This document shows, in pieces, positions 1 through 10,255 of a stretch of DNA of 64,000 bases. Made by a program: the position numbers and the translations under genes. The notes under the pieces were generated by a model. The model made no database searches and had not been told where the DNA came from. It saw nothing but the letters and a program-made list of their open reading frames with translations. Every line of letters begins with the position of its first letter. The first letter of the stretch is position 1. The DNA lies in contig CAVSHB010000002.1 in the NCBI GenBank assembly GCA_963727775.1, positions 211,599 to 275,598 on the forward strand, written 5' to 3'. This DNA comes from an uncultured Nitrospiraceae bacterium (GTDB lineage: Bacteria > Nitrospirota > Thermodesulfovibrionia > Thermodesulfovibrionales > SM23-35).

Positions 1-814
1 ATTGTGCAAGTCCGATGACCTTCTCGGTTGAACTCCCCATAAGGACCTTTTTCAGCCCTGTTTTCCCATATGCTCCCATGACGATCAAATCGACACCTCT
101 TCCCCCGGCTATTTCAATTATAACGTTAAAAGATCTGCCGGTCGGGGTGAGAGCCTCAGCCGAAACACCTTCCTTTTGCGCCAACTCGACTACCTTGTTG
201 ACATTTGCAGTTGCTTCGTCCAATTCTCTCTCATCACGCATTGCCGATACAGCAAGCAGATGGCTTCCGCAACGCTTCGCAATCTCAATCGCCTCCGCAA
301 CCGCTGCAATGCTGTGCACCGATCCATCGGTGGCAACGAGTATTTTATTGTATTCCACCCTGGCCGCCTTCGGGACGACGAGTACCTTGCAGGGAGCAAG
401 GCCGATGACTTTTGCGGCAACTTCTCCCATAAGAAGCTTTGTCAACCCTTTACGCCCGTGCTTTCCGACAACGATAATATCGACTTTTCTCTCGGCAGCT
501 TCATCAATAATGTATTGGTACACGTTATCCCCATGGTAGAAGATAATCTCGCAGTCAAGCCCTTCCTTTGCAGCTCTTTCTTTTATAGACCTAAGATACT
601 TGATGACTTCTTGCTCTTCCTGCTCATAGGCCTTGGCCCCGATCGTCTCATATTCAGGATTTATCTCAAGCACCGATAATGCATAAAGCCTGCTTGAGCA
701 TTTCCCGGCGAAGCTTATCGCCTCACTAACTGCCCCTTCGCTGAATTCGGACCTATCTACCGCCAGAAGTATTTTCTCAAGTTTTGCTACCGGACAGAAC
801 CCTGTGTTTTCCAT
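1..814 (-). CDS. Universal stress protein with tandem UspA domains; the 3' end runs off the window start
   Basis: Minus-strand frame that is open to position 1, so it is absent from the ORF track. ATG at 814-812 is preceded by GGAGGG. My translation reads MENTGFCPVAKLEKILLAVDRSEFSEGAV...DIIVVGKHGRKGLTKLLMGEVAAKVIGLAPCKVLVVP...ILVATDGSVHS...DLIVMGAYGKTGLKKVLMGSSTEKVIG, which is two USP-type halves. The listed plus-strand ORFs 15-679 are its shadows. Confidence 0.8.
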   Translation of the reverse strand, partial: MENTGFCPVAKLEKILLAVDRSEFSEGAVSEAISFAGKCSSRLYALSVLEINPEYETIGAKAYEQEEQEVIKYLRSIKERAAKEGLDCEIIFYHGDNVYQYIIDEAAERKVDIIVVGKHGRKGLTKLLMGEVAAKVIGLAPCKVLVVPKAARVEYNKILVATDGSVHSIAAVAEAIEIAKRCGSHLLAVSAMRDERELDEATANVNKVVELAQKEGVSAEALTPTGRSFNVIIEIAGGRGVDLIVMGAYGKTGLKKVLMGSSTEKVIGLAQ

Positions 815-1292
815 ATTGCCCTCCCTTTTTTGACGTGACGCAATGCATCACTGGTAAACTTTTGTATACTGAAAGGCCGCGATCCCCCCATCGATAAAAT
901 AAACACAATTCTCATTAGTGGCCGTATCGTCATGATGGTGCATCCTCTTTCATCTTTGCGCCCCTTATAAACAGAGGGACCGCGTACACGATGGCCGCAG
1001 CCCGTTGCACAGAAACATCTAAGATAATCATATCGCGCTATCAGGAAGCCTGCAAGTATCGAGATAGTCGCACAATTATGAAAGAAACATCTTCCATATA
1101 AACCTCGCTAATGCTGACGCGATAATCAGAAAGATTTTCAAAGGGCTTCTCTGGTACTCCTGACTGTCTTTCATATTCTTATAAGAATATCACGACAAAC
1201 AACTTTTCCCGCATCGCCCAACTCAAGATTTACGTTTTTTCTATTTTGTCGGTGCGGGTATCGCAAGGGACTGTTTTAGGGTATAATCTTCC

Positions 1293-3935
1293 ATGAACCT
1301 CTATCTTATTGACGGGCATTCCTATGTCTATCGCGCCTATTACGCTATCCGGGAGCTCTCGAATTCTAAGGGCTTTCCCACGAACGCGATCTATGGCTTT
1401 ACCAACATGCTTCTTAAGATTATTAGGGAGAAAAAGCCCGACGGTATTGCGGTATCTTTTGACTCACCCGTACCCACAGAGAGACACAGGATATATGAAG
1501 GATACAAAGCCCAGAGACCTGAAACACCGGGAGACCTCATCGAACAGATACCTTATATCAGACGGATGATTTCAGCATTCAATATTAAGATATTCGAAGT
1601 CCCGGGTTACGAGGCGGACGATATACTCGGCGCTATAGCAAAAAAAGCATCCTCAGAAGGAATGGACGTATTCATTGTTACCGGGGACAAGGATATGCTT
1701 CAGCTTGTCGGTAATAAGATAAAAGTATATGACCCTATGAAAGATACAGTGCTTGATGAGGAATTCGTAAAGAAAAAATTCGGCGTCGGCCCGGAAAGAG
1801 TTACAGAGTTTATGGCGCTCACAGGTGATGCGGTCGATAACATTCCTGGGATCAAAGGGGTCGGTGAAAAGACGGCAAGGGAGTTGCTTTCTGAATTTGA
1901 AAGTCTTGATGCGATGCTGAGTAATACCGATAGGATCAAGAAAGAAAAGTTGAGGGTCCTTGTCTCCGAAAATGCCGATGTCGTTAGATTGAGCAAGAAG
2001 CTCGCAACCCTAGATACGGACGTCCCCATTGATATCAATACTGAAGAATTCCGGCTGAGAGAACCCGAATGGTCTTCGCTCCTTTCCCTCTTCAGAGAGC
2101 TTGAATTCGGGAGCCTAATGAAGCTTATTCCTTCAGGATCTCTAAGAAAGACCCATTACGAGGCGGTCTTTTCCATGGAAAGAGTTAAGGAGATATCTTC
2201 ACTCATCAAAGGCGATTTTGCGTTTGACACCGAGGCAACAAGCAGGGACCCGATGGTCGGAAGTCTTGTAGGGCTTTCTTTGTGTTTGGAAAACGGACAC
2301 GCGTTTTATATCCCTGTCTCCCATTCATATCCGGGAGCGCCTGTGCAGATAAACAAGAAAGAAGTATTACAAGCGCTTTCAGAGTTTTTTGAAGCTGAAT
2401 GGGTTGCAAAGACGGGGCATAACCTTAAATATGACATAATGATACTTGCACAGGACGGTGTTCATGTGCGGGGGACTCTCTACGACACAATGATAGCATC
2501 ATATCTGATCAATCCCAACAAACCGAACCACGGTCTCGCTGAACTTGCGCTGGAATATCTGTCTTACAGGAAAAAAACGTTTGTGGAGGTCATCAGGAAA
2601 CGGGCTTCTTTCTCTGAGGTGCCTTTGGAAGAGGCAGTTATCTATTCAGGTGACGACGCCAGCCTCAGCCTTGAATTAAAAAAACTGCTTTTTAATAAAT
2701 TAAGAGAAACCGGCCTTGAGGATCTTTATCTAAATATAGAGATGCCGTTGATTTACGTGCTTGCCGGCATGGAAACCGAAGGCCTGAAGATTGATGTTCT
2801 CAAGCTTAAAGGAATTTCAACAGAGCTTGATAAGGAACTCGATGCGCTGAAAAGAAGGATTTTTTTCCTCGCAGGCGAAGAGTTTAACATCAATTCACCT
2901 AAACAACTGAGTGTTGTTCTTTTTCACAGTCTCGGCTTGCAGCCGGGCAAGAAAACGAAGACAGGTTTTTCCACCGAGATGAGTGTCCTCGAAGAGCTTG
3001 CTGAAAGTCACGAGCTCCCAAGGGAGATACTCAATTACAGGAGCTTCCATAAACTGAAAACAACTTATATAGACGTGCTTCCGGCGTTGATAAATCCAAA
3101 GACGGGTCGTATCCATACATCGTTTAACCAGACGGTAACAGCCACCGGAAGGTTGAGCAGCAGCGAGCCTAATCTGCAGAATATCCCGATCAAAGGAGAG
3201 TGGGGCAGGCGTATAAGAGAGACTTTTATTGCTGAAGGAAATAATCTCCTCCTTTCAGCAGATTATTCACAGATTGAACTGAGGATACTTGCCCATTTGA
3301 GTAATGACGAGGGTCTTATTTCTGCATTCATGAGCGGCCTCGATATCCATGCGAGGACCGCATCCGAAATATTCGGCGTGCCTATCGATAAAGTGTCCGC
3401 TGAAATAAGGAGAGTCGCAAAAACAGTGAACTTCGGAGTTATTTACGGGATATCGCCGTTCGGCCTGTCGGAAACTCTGAGCATATCGCGGGAAGATGCG
3501 AAAAAATATATCGAGCAGTATTTTAAAAGGCACCCGGGTGTTCAAAGCTATATCGAAAAATGCCTCGCAAAGGCAAAGCATGATGGTTACGTTTCTACCC
3601 TTTTCGGGAGAAGGCGCGCTGTCCCGGAAATCAGAAGTAAGAACACCGGCACGAGACAACTGGGTGAAAGGCTTGCAATAAATTCTCCTATTCAAGGGAC
3701 GGCTGCGGATGTTATTAAAATCGCAATGATAAATATAGCGAAGAAATTAAGATCCGATAATTTGGAAACAAGGTTGATCCTTCAGGTTCACGATGAGCTA
3801 TTATTCGAACTTCCGGAAAAGGAGCTTGAAGCAGTAATGGATATTGTTAAGACCGAGATGGAGGGGGTGATGGCTCTGTCTGTCCCTTTGAGCGTCAGTA
3901 TAAACTATGGAAAGAACTGGGCGGAAGCACACTGA
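1293..3935 (+). CDS. polA: DNA polymerase I
   Basis: 880 aa. N-terminal 5'-3' exonuclease (LIDGHSYVYRAYYA, VTGDKDMLQL). 3'-5' exonuclease block (FAFDTEAT). Family A polymerase motifs (DYSQIELRILAHLS, RRVAKTVNFGVIYG, QVHDEL). Confidence 0.97.
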   Translation: MNLYLIDGHSYVYRAYYAIRELSNSKGFPTNAIYGFTNMLLKIIREKKPDGIAVSFDSPVPTERHRIYEGYKAQRPETPGDLIEQIPYIRRMISAFNIKIFEVPGYEADDILGAIAKKASSEGMDVFIVTGDKDMLQLVGNKIKVYDPMKDTVLDEEFVKKKFGVGPERVTEFMALTGDAVDNIPGIKGVGEKTARELLSEFESLDAMLSNTDRIKKEKLRVLVSENADVVRLSKKLATLDTDVPIDINTEEFRLREPEWSSLLSLFRELEFGSLMKLIPSGSLRKTHYEAVFSMERVKEISSLIKGDFAFDTEATSRDPMVGSLVGLSLCLENGHAFYIPVSHSYPGAPVQINKKEVLQALSEFFEAEWVAKTGHNLKYDIMILAQDGVHVRGTLYDTMIASYLINPNKPNHGLAELALEYLSYRKKTFVEVIRKRASFSEVPLEEAVIYSGDDASLSLELKKLLFNKLRETGLEDLYLNIEMPLIYVLAGMETEGLKIDVLKLKGISTELDKELDALKRRIFFLAGEEFNINSPKQLSVVLFHSLGLQPGKKTKTGFSTEMSVLEELAESHELPREILNYRSFHKLKTTYIDVLPALINPKTGRIHTSFNQTVTATGRLSSSEPNLQNIPIKGEWGRRIRETFIAEGNNLLLSADYSQIELRILAHLSNDEGLISAFMSGLDIHARTASEIFGVPIDKVSAEIRRVAKTVNFGVIYGISPFGLSETLSISREDAKKYIEQYFKRHPGVQSYIEKCLAKAKHDGYVSTLFGRRRAVPEIRSKNTGTRQLGERLAINSPIQGTAADVIKIAMINIAKKLRSDNLETRLILQVHDELLFELPEKELEAVMDIVKTEMEGVMALSVPLSVSINYGKNWAEAH

Positions 3936-3992
3936 ATAAATAAGCAACTTCTTTTAATTTCAGGTAAAATATGCGCTGATGGAGGGCAGGTT

Positions 3993-4778
3993 ATGGAGAA
4001 GAAAGCAACCACCAAGAAAATTTCCGACAAGTCAGAGAAAAAAGAAACGAAGAAAAAGCTAATAGCAGTCCCCCGATCCCCTAAGAAAATTGCTTCAAAA
4101 AAGAAAGGGACAAAAAAGATTGAGGAAAAGACTGTCAAAAAGGTAAAGGCAGAGACAAAGGTAGAGAAAAAGCCTATAAAGATTAAGGAAGAAGAAAAAC
4201 GGAAAACAACAAAAAAGAAGGGGCCTGCAAAAGGAAGGGAAAAAACTGAACAAAGCAAAAAGAAACCTGCCGTAAAAAGGACAGAGAAACGCGGCCTTAA
4301 ATCCTTAAAAAAAGCTGAAACAGGGAAGAATGCTGAGAAGCCCGCGAAAAAGGTCAAGCCTAAGGTCAAAAGAAAGGCCGAATTGAAGGAAACATTGCCG
4401 GCCGGCTATGAGGAAAACGGGATAACCCTCATGACCGTTGACCCGCTTAAGATTTTTACCTTCTGGGAAGTGCGGGAAGATACCCTGTCCAAATTTAAGG
4501 GCGATCTTGCCGTTAGGGTATATGATATGACAAACGCCGGTTTCGACAAGATGAATGAATGTAGCCATTTTGACCTGACTGTAAGCGAAAGGATAGGGGG
4601 AATGTATATAGATGCCGCCCCCGAAAAGGAATTTGTTGCGGACATCGGAATTGTCTGCGAAGGTGTTTTCATTTCGATAACGAGGTCTAACAAAGTCTCA
4701 ACACCACGGGCAACAGCTTCAGAAACAGAGGCATTGTCTTTAAGCTTCTTCGCCTCCGGCTTCCGCATAGGTTATTGA
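3993..4778 (+). CDS. Lysine-rich low-complexity N-terminal tail fused to a DUF4912-like C-terminal domain
   Basis: 261 aa. The first ~135 aa are dominated by K/E/T/P (KKxxxK runs). The C-terminal TLMTVDPLKIFTFWEVREDT...VRVYD resembles the DUF4912 signature as I remember it. Confidence 0.55.
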   Translation: MEKKATTKKISDKSEKKETKKKLIAVPRSPKKIASKKKGTKKIEEKTVKKVKAETKVEKKPIKIKEEEKRKTTKKKGPAKGREKTEQSKKKPAVKRTEKRGLKSLKKAETGKNAEKPAKKVKPKVKRKAELKETLPAGYEENGITLMTVDPLKIFTFWEVREDTLSKFKGDLAVRVYDMTNAGFDKMNECSHFDLTVSERIGGMYIDAAPEKEFVADIGIVCEGVFISITRSNKVSTPRATASETEALSLSFFASGFRIGY

Positions 4779-5298
4779 AAAGCAATAAATAGTTTCTGCG
4801 CAACTATATGTTGCACTGCTTTATTATTTACAAATCTTAATTATATCCCAGTGTTTGCACCGTACAATTGCATCATTTAATTAATCTCCATACCCCGCCG
4901 TCTCTGCGGCGGGCACCTTACGTCGTCGGGGTGCAGGGCGTCGGAGCGAAGCGCAGACCCTTGCCGACCCACGGGGTCTAATACCCCGTGGTGTCGTGCC
5001 GAGCAAAGCGAGGTTTAGTTTATTGCAGCGTTTCTTTCATAAAGAAATAATCTTATTAAATATCAAGGTGTTAAATATTTGGCATATGTATTGCTTTAAT
5101 AATAAAGATTATAAAGACATGAAATAATAAGCATATTAAGGACAAAAATATAATAAAATGGTAAAATGGTTCACAAATGTTTTTTGGTTTTCTTAAAGAT
5201 AAAAAAAATGTTGAGATTTTTAAAACAATACGATATTTTAGAGAGTCTGTTTTTAATAACACCACACTAAAAGAATCTTAAAAAAAGGAGGGAAGGTT

Positions 5299-6825
5299 AT
5301 GAAGAAAGTAAGTGTGTTGTTTTTCGCTGTTGTTTTTCTGTTGTGCATGACTGCCGCGCCTATTTTGGCTGCCGACACGTCCAAGGAAGTAGAACAACTG
5401 AAAGGTGAGGTGCAGAAACTGCTCAACAGGATCCAAGACCTGGAAAAGAAGCAGAAAGAAAGTGATAAGAAGTTGGACAGCGTGAAAGTAACAACAACGA
5501 AGATCGAGAAGGAAGAAGCGGCGTTAGAACAGGAAGGTAAACAAAGGGCGATGGCTTATTGGAGGGATGCTTTCGTAATTGAAACTGGAGACAAACGCTT
5601 CAGGTTACAGATGGGCGGACAAATACAGTTCGATACGAGGGTATTCGGTGATGGATCGAATAGTCCGAGTTCGTTCGACGTGCGGAGGGCCCGCTATGAT
5701 ATGAGGGGTAATATGCTTACCGGTAGCATAAATAACGAGTTCCGCCTCACTCTAGAGATGGCTGGATCGAACGCCCCGCTGCTCCAGAACGCCTACTGGG
5801 TATTTAAGTTCGCTCCCGAATTCAACCTCATGGTCGGGCAATTCAAGCCGCCGGTCAATTCATCCGACAGGTTGACAGAAGAAGTACATATTAACTTCAT
5901 AGAGTATGCAGCTGATACCCCCGTAACGGGTTATTATGATCGCGGGTTCAATATTATCAGCAAATTTTTCAACGAAAAAGTCCAGACCTGTGTAGGTATG
6001 ATCGACGGAGTAGGCGCGTCGGCCGATGTAAATACGGGTGACCTCGATAATAACAAGGACGTTTTTGTGCGTGTCCTCCTGAATCCTTTCAAGGACACGG
6101 ATATCGATGCACTGAAGAAGTTATATTTGGTTGGCAGTTATCAGGATGGTCTCCAGTCGATTAAGACTGCAAGGAGTGAAACAAATTTTAAGACTGAGGA
6201 CTACGAATCTCAGTGGTTCGCGTGGAACCCTACTAATTTAAGGATCCATCAACTCGAACGCTTCGGCGGTGAAGCACATTATATATATGGACCGCTATCG
6301 GCGAGTTATGAGTTTAATCGCGTTCAATGGGAAGGTATCGACGTGTATAAATCAGATGGCAAAACGCTGGACTATCGTATGCCTGGTTCTTATCATGCCG
6401 ATGTGCACGAAGCATGGATTAGTTATTTCCTTACAGGTGAATCGAAGAACTATCAGGATATCTTCGCTGCTTGGAGACAACCGAAACCCAAGAAGAATCT
6501 TAATCTGAAAGATGGAACATGGGGCGCTTGGGAAGTTATTGCAAGGTATACCTATCTCGATAGCTCTGCGAAACTTTTCGCACAGCAGGTGAAGAGTGAA
6601 AGTACTTCCTCGATACTTACTGGAGTGCAAAGAGGGGAAGCAGTGACCGCTGGACTACGCTGGTTGTGGAACCCTAAAGTTAGGTTGATGCTGGATGCGA
6701 ACTACCTTAAGAATGAGACAGGAAAAGGCATTATCGGCACAAACTCGTATGTAACATCAGGCGATACGAAAAAATACATGAAGGATGAAACCGCATTGCT
6801 TTTAAAGTTCATCCTGCAAATATAA
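5299..6825 (+). CDS. Outer-membrane phosphate-selective porin O/P family protein (OprO/OprP-like)
   Basis: 508 aa with RBS AAGGAGGG. Signal peptide MKKVSVLFFAVVFLLCMTAAPILA, then a coiled-coil segment. The beta-barrel-like body has RFRLQMGGQIQFDTRVF and ends in a terminal aromatic-rich strand pattern. Confidence 0.7.
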   Translation: MKKVSVLFFAVVFLLCMTAAPILAADTSKEVEQLKGEVQKLLNRIQDLEKKQKESDKKLDSVKVTTTKIEKEEAALEQEGKQRAMAYWRDAFVIETGDKRFRLQMGGQIQFDTRVFGDGSNSPSSFDVRRARYDMRGNMLTGSINNEFRLTLEMAGSNAPLLQNAYWVFKFAPEFNLMVGQFKPPVNSSDRLTEEVHINFIEYAADTPVTGYYDRGFNIISKFFNEKVQTCVGMIDGVGASADVNTGDLDNNKDVFVRVLLNPFKDTDIDALKKLYLVGSYQDGLQSIKTARSETNFKTEDYESQWFAWNPTNLRIHQLERFGGEAHYIYGPLSASYEFNRVQWEGIDVYKSDGKTLDYRMPGSYHADVHEAWISYFLTGESKNYQDIFAAWRQPKPKKNLNLKDGTWGAWEVIARYTYLDSSAKLFAQQVKSESTSSILTGVQRGEAVTAGLRWLWNPKVRLMLDANYLKNETGKGIIGTNSYVTSGDTKKYMKDETALLLKFILQI

Positions 6826-6841
6826 GAAAACATTCTGCATA

Positions 6842-6870
6842 AAGCGTCTTCGGGCGCTTATGCTTTTTTT
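6842..6870 (+). terminator. Rho-independent terminator after the porin gene
   Basis: AAGCG-tcttcggg-CGCTT stem-loop followed by a T7 run. Confidence 0.6.
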
Positions 6871-6910
6871 GTTTAGTAATGGTTGTATCTCTCGGGTTTC
6901 TTCACTTGCG

Positions 6911-6940
6911 GAAGGCCGCCAAATGGCGGCCTTCTTTTTT
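6911..6940 (+). terminator. Strong rho-independent terminator
   Basis: GAAGGCCGCC-aaat-GGCGGCCTTC is a perfect 10-bp stem followed by TTTTTT. Confidence 0.75.
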
Positions 6941-7008
6941 GATTTAAAATAATTGGCGCATCTGGGTTCTTCATGGGTCTATGCAATATATAGTGGTTTG
7001 AGTATCCT

Positions 7009-7428
7009 ATGTTCATGGATGAAAAAGTGTTTTATACAAAGATATTGGGAATCAAGCTGCCTTGGTTTGTAAAACAGGTTATTATGGACGAAGCAACTCA
7101 GCGAATCGACATTTATATGGAGCATGAGAAAGATATACGCGTCAGGTGTCCGGAATGTGGTGCGTTTTACGGCATGTACGATCACGCACCTGAGCGCGTT
7201 TATCGTCATTTGAACACCTGCCAAATGGAAACCTACATTCATGTTCGGCCACCGCGAGTAAACTGCCCTACGCATGGAGTTAAGCAGATAGAATCGGCGG
7301 TTGGTGAGAACGGCTCGGATATGAGTCATGCCTTTGAGAGTCTGGTCATTCGTGTTGCTCAAGAGTGCAGCATCGAGGGTACGGCCCGGCTTTGTGGATT
7401 GAGTTGGGATAAAGGATGGAATGCTCTG
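7009..7428 (+). pseudogene. ISL3-family transposase, 5' part (140 codons), truncated by the nested IS
   Basis: ILGIKLPWFVKQVIMDEATQRIDIYMEHEKDIRVRCPECG...RHLNTCQMETYIHVRPPRVNCPTHG is the ISL3 zinc-finger N-terminus. Homology stops at ...WNAL (codon CTG 7426-7428). Confidence 0.85.
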
Positions 7429-9274
7429 CGTATTTTCTTTTTAAAAACTACGAGGAACTCCATATGCTGCAATGATTTGAAGGCGATTTCTAATTTCAAG
7501 AAAATGGCTACAATTTTACCTTGAGCAGATCAAGAATCTTTTGCTGACTGTTATCCGGGGTGCAAACAATTCGGCACGAAGAGCCCTGCACTTGAAGTCT
7601 CTGCCTTCTCAGGCTCTTTAATCTCTCAATCACATACTCAAATGTCCATCTGCGGTGTTTATTTTTTCCGTCAGACTGAAACAGAGGCTTTAGTCTCTGA
7701 TTCATATGCCACTGCAAGTAGTAGGCAAGCATGCAAAGAAACACATGACAGCGGATTCGGTCGTCGGTCTTGTGATAAACGGGCCGCACCTCAAGCTGTA
7801 CGCTCTTTAAGTTCCGAAACGCCTGTTCTACAAGAGCAAGCTTTTTATATGATGCCACTATTGCCTGCTTTGCCATCAGCCCGGCAGGAACATCGGAGGC
7901 AATGATGTAACAGCCGTCAATCAATTCCTCAGTCTCGATCTTCTCTGTTTTTAATTTCCATGTGAGACGTCCATCCTGTACTGACCACTCTACAAATTTA
8001 CCTGTCTTCCACTTTCCCAGAACCTTCCCCACCCTTGCCGCTATCTTCTCGTTTGACGACTTCCGTTTTGATTGGGCTATGCTATCCAATGCCTTTCTGG
8101 TGACCTCAATCAAGCCTTTGCGTGTCACAGCTTCCCTTGTAGCGGTCTTTGGATTGCGGCATAAGCAGTATCGCCGTCCTATCGCCTCAGGATCCACTAC
8201 TTCAATAATCTCCTTTTCATCAAACATATCGATCTGAATCACCTTGCGTTCCAGTAGCTCTTTTATCTGGTGGTGTGTTAATGCCGATATTATATTGAGC
8301 CCTTTTACATCCTTAACCTTTTCGTAATTGGCATGAGTAACCATTCCACGATCACCTACAAAGATTATCTCCTGGATCCCATATTTTTTCTGCACCTCAG
8401 CTATTTTATCGGGTACCGTTTGAGCATCCTGAGTATTCCCAGGGAAAACTTCCACACCCACAGGGCACCCCTCGGGACTGCAAAGCAGCCCTATCACCAT
8501 CTGTTCATGCCCCCGCTTGCCGTCCCGGTTATATCCGAATTTAACGATCTCACTGTCTTCATACTCGCCCTCAAAATAACTGCTGGTTATATCGTAAAGC
8601 ACAAGCGCGCCGTTTCGGAGATGCTTTTTCGCCAATGTACTTTGGATGGCATCCTGCCTCTGTAAAAGACGATCCATAGGCTCATAACAATGCTTATCTA
8701 CGTCAACCGGCCCTTCTATCCCGCAGAGTTCCCATAATGCCGTGTCCTCCCATCTGTGCGATAAAGCCAGCTTGCTGCCGCTATATACTAAACGGCCGAT
8801 TATCATGGCAAGACAGTCTTTAACCCACTGCTCGGAATATCTCGAATAAATCATCTTGTCCAACTCTAATTCCTTCGCCAACTGCAATACCGCATAGGAA
8901 GCGCCGTACTCTTTCGATTCCGCGATTTTGTGAGCGTCGGCTGAACCCTTTACCAGCACATCGCCCCTGAAGGCGGCCTGTATGAGCTTTAGTTGTTCAA
9001 GACTCATATCCTTAATGGTCCCATGTGTCGTGTGCCTGATTTCGCCCTTCTCACGGAAGGTAGTGCGAATAACGCCGTAGTGCTTATTGCCGGAAGTCTG
9101 TATTTCGAGATGGGGGCGTGGCTTCTTTTTAAATGGCATGGCTACTATTATAGGATATGATTACCACTATGTCAACTATAAAATGCTATATTATATGGCT
9201 ACATTTGAAAGCCAAATACACGGTAATCTATTGTAATATAAGCATTTATGGGTGTTTTCATAAAAGAAAATACG
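7429..9274 (-). mobile_element. IS4-superfamily (IS1634-like) element nested inside the ISL3 transposase gene
   Basis: Terminal inverted repeats CGTATTTTCTTTT at 7429-7441 and 9262-9274 (13/13 bp, with further imperfect matches). Flanked by direct TCTG at 7425-7428 and 9275-9278. Removing the element plus one TCTG restores the frame ...WNAL-ERAVNRGRGRKVHRIPSRIGVDEK. Confidence 0.85.
7508..9139 (-). CDS. IS4/IS1634-family DDE transposase
   Basis: 543 aa with VLYDITSSYFEG, GYNRDGKRGHEQMVIGLL, IFVGDRGM and the C-terminal FRNLKS...RPVYHKTDDRIRCHVFLCMLAYYL block typical of IS4-type transposases. Confidence 0.8.
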   Translation of the reverse strand: MPFKKKPRPHLEIQTSGNKHYGVIRTTFREKGEIRHTTHGTIKDMSLEQLKLIQAAFRGDVLVKGSADAHKIAESKEYGASYAVLQLAKELELDKMIYSRYSEQWVKDCLAMIIGRLVYSGSKLALSHRWEDTALWELCGIEGPVDVDKHCYEPMDRLLQRQDAIQSTLAKKHLRNGALVLYDITSSYFEGEYEDSEIVKFGYNRDGKRGHEQMVIGLLCSPEGCPVGVEVFPGNTQDAQTVPDKIAEVQKKYGIQEIIFVGDRGMVTHANYEKVKDVKGLNIISALTHHQIKELLERKVIQIDMFDEKEIIEVVDPEAIGRRYCLCRNPKTATREAVTRKGLIEVTRKALDSIAQSKRKSSNEKIAARVGKVLGKWKTGKFVEWSVQDGRLTWKLKTEKIETEELIDGCYIIASDVPAGLMAKQAIVASYKKLALVEQAFRNLKSVQLEVRPVYHKTDDRIRCHVFLCMLAYYLQWHMNQRLKPLFQSDGKNKHRRWTFEYVIERLKSLRRQRLQVQGSSCRIVCTPDNSQQKILDLLKVKL

Positions 9275-9278
9275 TCTG

Positions 9279-10127
9279 GAGCGAGCGGTTAATCGTGGTC
9301 GCGGACGCAAGGTGCATCGCATCCCAAGCCGTATCGGAGTGGATGAGAAGTCCATTGCGAAGGGACACAAATACGAGTCTCTGGTTTACGATCTTGATGC
9401 AGGGACTGTTGAGTTTGTATGGGATGATCGTGGCCAGGAAAGTCTTGAAAGCTATTACCGGCAGTTTAGCAAGGAAGAACTGTCTGACGTTAAAGCTGTG
9501 GCAATGGACATGTGGGACCCGTATATTGCGGCTACAAAAGCTTATGTACCTGGTGCGGAAAGGAAGATCGTCTTTGATCGTTTTCATGTGATGAAGCATG
9601 TTCTGGCTGCGGTGGATGAGGTCAGAAAGAGAGAACATCGTGAACTTTCGGAGTGCGGAGAGCAAACTTTGAAGGGAACCAGATATCTGTGGTTGTGGAG
9701 CGAGGAGAATATTCCATCGTGGCGACGTGGAGAGTTTGAGGCATTGCGAGCCAAAGACTTGCAGATATGCCGGGCGTGGGCTATAAAAGAGAACCTTCGG
9801 CATCTGTGGGAGTATCGGTATGAGGCCCATATGAGAAACTATTTCAAGCGCTGGTATTTTTGGGCAACTCATTCTCGACTTGAGCCTATTAAGAAAGCGG
9901 CTAAGACGGTTAAGTCCCATATAGACAATATCGTTACTTACGCACGGCATCGCATTACCAACGCCTTGGGCAAGGCAATCAACGGCAAGATTGAGAAAGT
10001 TAAACGAATGGCTTGTGGTTTTCGCAATCGCTCCCATTATAGAACCGCCATTTATTTTCATTGCGGCGGACTGGACTTGTTTCCCAAACCGCCTGCTCAA
10101 CCAACACTATGCTTTCGAGCAACTTAA
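9279..10127 (+). pseudogene. ISL3-family transposase, 3' part (DDE domain)
   Basis: In frame with 7009-7428 once 7429-9278 is removed. IGVDEKSIAKGHKYESLVYDL...AVAMDMWDPYIAA...IVFDRFHVMKH...RNRSHYRTAIYFHCGGLDL is a typical ISL3 DDE region. Confidence 0.85.
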
Positions 10128-10255
10128 ACACTATCTGTTGGGGGTATCCATTAAAATGTCTGTTCCGGCAAATAATTAAGAAGCTTTATCTCTAAAACCT
10201 GTTCAATGCACTTGCAAGGGAATCGAAAAATACATTAGAATCAATCTTATAATTT

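Larger units (their letters stand above)
6945..10185 (+). mobile_element. ISL3-family insertion sequence (ends approximate), itself interrupted by a nested IS
   Basis: Contains the split ISL3 transposase gene. Imperfect terminal inverted similarity is visible by eye: left AATAATTGGCGC...ATGG...ATAGTG versus the reverse complement of the right end AATTATTTGCCG...ATGG...ATAGTG. I did not find an unambiguous target duplication. Confidence 0.55.

Noticed and set aside
15-679. Four plus/minus ORFs (15-539, 176-679, 190-420, 205-408) at the window start.
   Set aside because: They are low-complexity, Ser/Thr/Ala/Pro-rich shadow frames of the minus-strand tandem USP gene (1-814), which gives a clean domain-bearing translation and has an RBS.
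1309-3695. Short ORFs inside or antisense to polA (for example 1700-2038, 3267-3695).
   Set aside because: They are fully contained in a 880-aa gene with unmistakable Pol I motifs, and they have no RBS or motif support.
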